Below, one piece after another: positions 61,975-64,000 of a stretch of 64,000 bases of DNA. This DNA is from a virus. Taxonomy: Duplodnaviria; Caudoviricetes. The position numbers and the translations under genes are program-made. The stretch is taken from positions 96,001 to 160,000 of IMG/VR virus record IMGVR_UViG_3300028832_000095. The stretch is one strand, 5' to 3'. Each line of letters starts with the position of its first letter. Position 1 is the stretch's first letter. The notes under the pieces were generated by a model that worked only from the letters and a program-made list of their open reading frames with translations, was not told the origin of the DNA and did no database searches.

Positions 61975-62415
61975 ATGATTAAATTATATGTCGAAAGACG
62001 AAAGAGGTTATCAGAAAGTCTTGATGCCCCGTGTGAAGGGATATTTTGGATTATTGATAATGAACTAATCGCATACACAGATCAGGTTGATACATCTGGA
62101 AAATTATCTACCACTCTTGAACATAGGAAGATATGGAATGAGATTAAAGATAAGTACACAGATGATGAAATGCAATTAGTTCCTTATGATTATTATCCTC
62201 GTGGAAGAGTTATGGTGAATCCTATTTATAAAGATGGGAAGTTCGATCACTATAATGCATATATTTATATGGATGAATGTATCAAAACATATGAAAACAT
62301 AACTGATATAATCTATGAGTTTAGGCTTAAAAATAATTGTGATATTAAGTATGTTGGTTCATCTGGTGGTGTTGAATCAGGTCATTATGTATGTCATAAC
62401 TGCAAAGGAGGATGA
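61975..62415 (+). CDS. Hypothetical protein, paralog of 14389..14814; RKRLSE/S signal
   Basis: GIFW, HRKIW, YYPRGRV, HYVC. Confidence 0.7.
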   Translation: MIKLYVERRKRLSESLDAPCEGIFWIIDNELIAYTDQVDTSGKLSTTLEHRKIWNEIKDKYTDDEMQLVPYDYYPRGRVMVNPIYKDGKFDHYNAYIYMDECIKTYENITDIIYEFRLKNNCDIKYVGSSGGVESGHYVCHNCKGG

Positions 62416-63295
62416 TACAGTGGATCCTATTTGTGTAAATATTGCGTGTAGACAGAATGGTATGTGTGATACTTGCATTAAAGAATGTCAATTTTATACA
62501 GATATAGACTCTTTACTTAGAGTTCTCAGTTCGACAAAATATGGATTTGATGTTATCAGTGATGCTCATGAAATGACAATTCAGGAATACTATAATGATA
62601 TTGAAACGGAACTGATATTTTGAAAAGAGATAAGGAGGATTAAGATGGATATTAGAATTCTTGGTTACGCCGGAATTATTTGTTTTGCAATTCTTGTAAT
62701 TTGTGCTTTATATGCTGTTATTATGATCGCAGCAAACACTAAAAGGATTGCGGATGAATTAAAATATCTTAACAGGAATGTTTCTGACTTAAAACTCAAA
62801 ATGACGGGCAAGGATAATAAAACAGGGATTTATGATGATCTTGGAGGTGAATAAGATGGATTCTAAAGTAACAAAACAAATCATGGCAGTTTCTATCTGT
62901 CAACTTAGCAACAGTATCTCGGATCTCGGAAAGTTGCTACAAAATGATGAATTCACAGACACACTGTTTTTTAAAATGGAAGATGATTTGGAAGATTTCA
63001 TCATTGAGGTTTCAGATAAAATTATGGATGTTACAAGAAAAATGGCTTTAATGAAACTATCGGAGGGTAAGAATGAAGTTTAAGTTGATAGGTAGCTGCA
63101 AGAATTGTGATAAAGTTATCACTATGACACAAAGATTTGATATTCCTGAAACTGAAAAAGAATTCAGTGAAGCTGAAATTCTAAATGCTATTGCTTGTAA
63201 AGTACATAATGAAATTCATAAATGTTCTGCCGGAAGTCCTAATGTATTTGGTCTTGTAGAACCTTTTCAAATTGTAAAGGAGGATTGAGTCAAAA

Positions 63296-64000
63296 ATGCT
63301 CTATGTTAGTTTAATTATCATTGGATTTCTTTTATGTGTTTGTATTTATTTAATATATCAACTTAAAGGATCTGGTTCAAAACATAACAATGATATGAAA
63401 GATCTTGATAATAGTTATGTGAAAAAACAAGAGCAACTTCAAAAAGACTTTGAATCTCGTGTAAATGATATAAATGCTAGATTTTATGAGATTCAACAAT
63501 CATATATACAAAAGGAACAATCTTATGATGTTGAGATACAAGATATATTATTTCGGCTAGAGAACTATAAAGAATTAGAAAATAAAGTTGTTGAAAAGTA
63601 TAAACAAAAAGAGATTGATGAGAAACAAAGAGATTTTTATAGAATCATCCTAGAAAAGTCTGATCTCTCTGATGTTGAAAAGTTAAATGCTTTTGCCCCA
63701 CAACTTTCAAAGCCAGTTGTATTGTATAAACTAATGTATGAGGTATATTACAAATCTAAATTGGAGGAACTATTTAAGAGGTTGATACCTAGTGATTGCA
63801 CATCTGGAGGAATATATAAAATAACAAATATAAAAAATAATAAATGCTATATTGGAAGAACAACTAATTTTCTAACTAGGTGGAGAGATCATGCTAAGTG
63901 TGGGATAGGTGCTGATTCCGGAGCGCAAGTAAGGAATAAGTTTTACGAAGCAATAAAAATGGATGGTATTGAAAATTTTACATTTGAAATTATTGATAGG
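63296..64000 (+). CDS. Partial membrane-anchored coiled-coil GIY-YIG endonuclease (runs off window; not in ORF track)
   Basis: AGGAGG RBS; MLYVSLIIIGFLLCVCIYLIY TM helix; GGIYKITN..NNKCYIG..TNF..RW..H...GIENFTFEII. Confidence 0.8.
   Translation, partial: MLYVSLIIIGFLLCVCIYLIYQLKGSGSKHNNDMKDLDNSYVKKQEQLQKDFESRVNDINARFYEIQQSYIQKEQSYDVEIQDILFRLENYKELENKVVEKYKQKEIDEKQRDFYRIILEKSDLSDVEKLNAFAPQLSKPVVLYKLMYEVYYKSKLEELFKRLIPSDCTSGGIYKITNIKNNKCYIGRTTNFLTRWRDHAKCGIGADSGAQVRNKFYEAIKMDGIENFTFEIIDR

Overview
AT-rich (roughly 30% GC by eye) segment of a large tailed-phage genome, most likely infecting an anaerobic Firmicute (Clostridia-like). Evidence: densely packed genes essentially all on the + strand, strong GGAGG/GAAAGG ribosome-binding sites, an anaerobic class III RNR and NrdR boxes. 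The window is organised as about 18 cassettes, most built as terminator hairpin + near-identical sigma-A-type promoter (TTGACW-17-TATAMT-ATATTT) + small hypothetical genes. Recognisable genes: dcd, ThyX-like, intein-containing NrdD fused to an NrdH/glutaredoxin domain, a ferredoxin-thioredoxin reductase catalytic subunit, ClpP-like peptidase, RNase H1, NAD-dependent DNA ligase, guanylate kinase, DenV-like glycosylase, an RNA-repair set (Rnl1, PNK-HD, metallophosphoesterase, Pol-beta NTase, cyclic-phosphate receiver domain), an adhesin/fibre-like protein, a membrane-anchored GIY-YIG nuclease and an IS607-family element (TnpA+TnpB). Most notable hidden structure: (i) a dispersed family of about 13 mostly unrelated proteins sharing an N-terminal M-x(2-8)-[LIV]-x-E signal and internal ES-(K/R-rich)-[LIV]KE linkers, resembling prohead-protease-processed capsid cargo, several behind a shared structured leader; (ii) a conserved 19-nt motif abutting terminator hairpins; (iii) the IS607 element splits a consensus promoter and rebuilds a hybrid one; (iv) tandem NrdR boxes on the phage nrdD. 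No tRNA, rRNA or CRISPR array was seen. All family assignments are from motif recognition by eye, not database searches.
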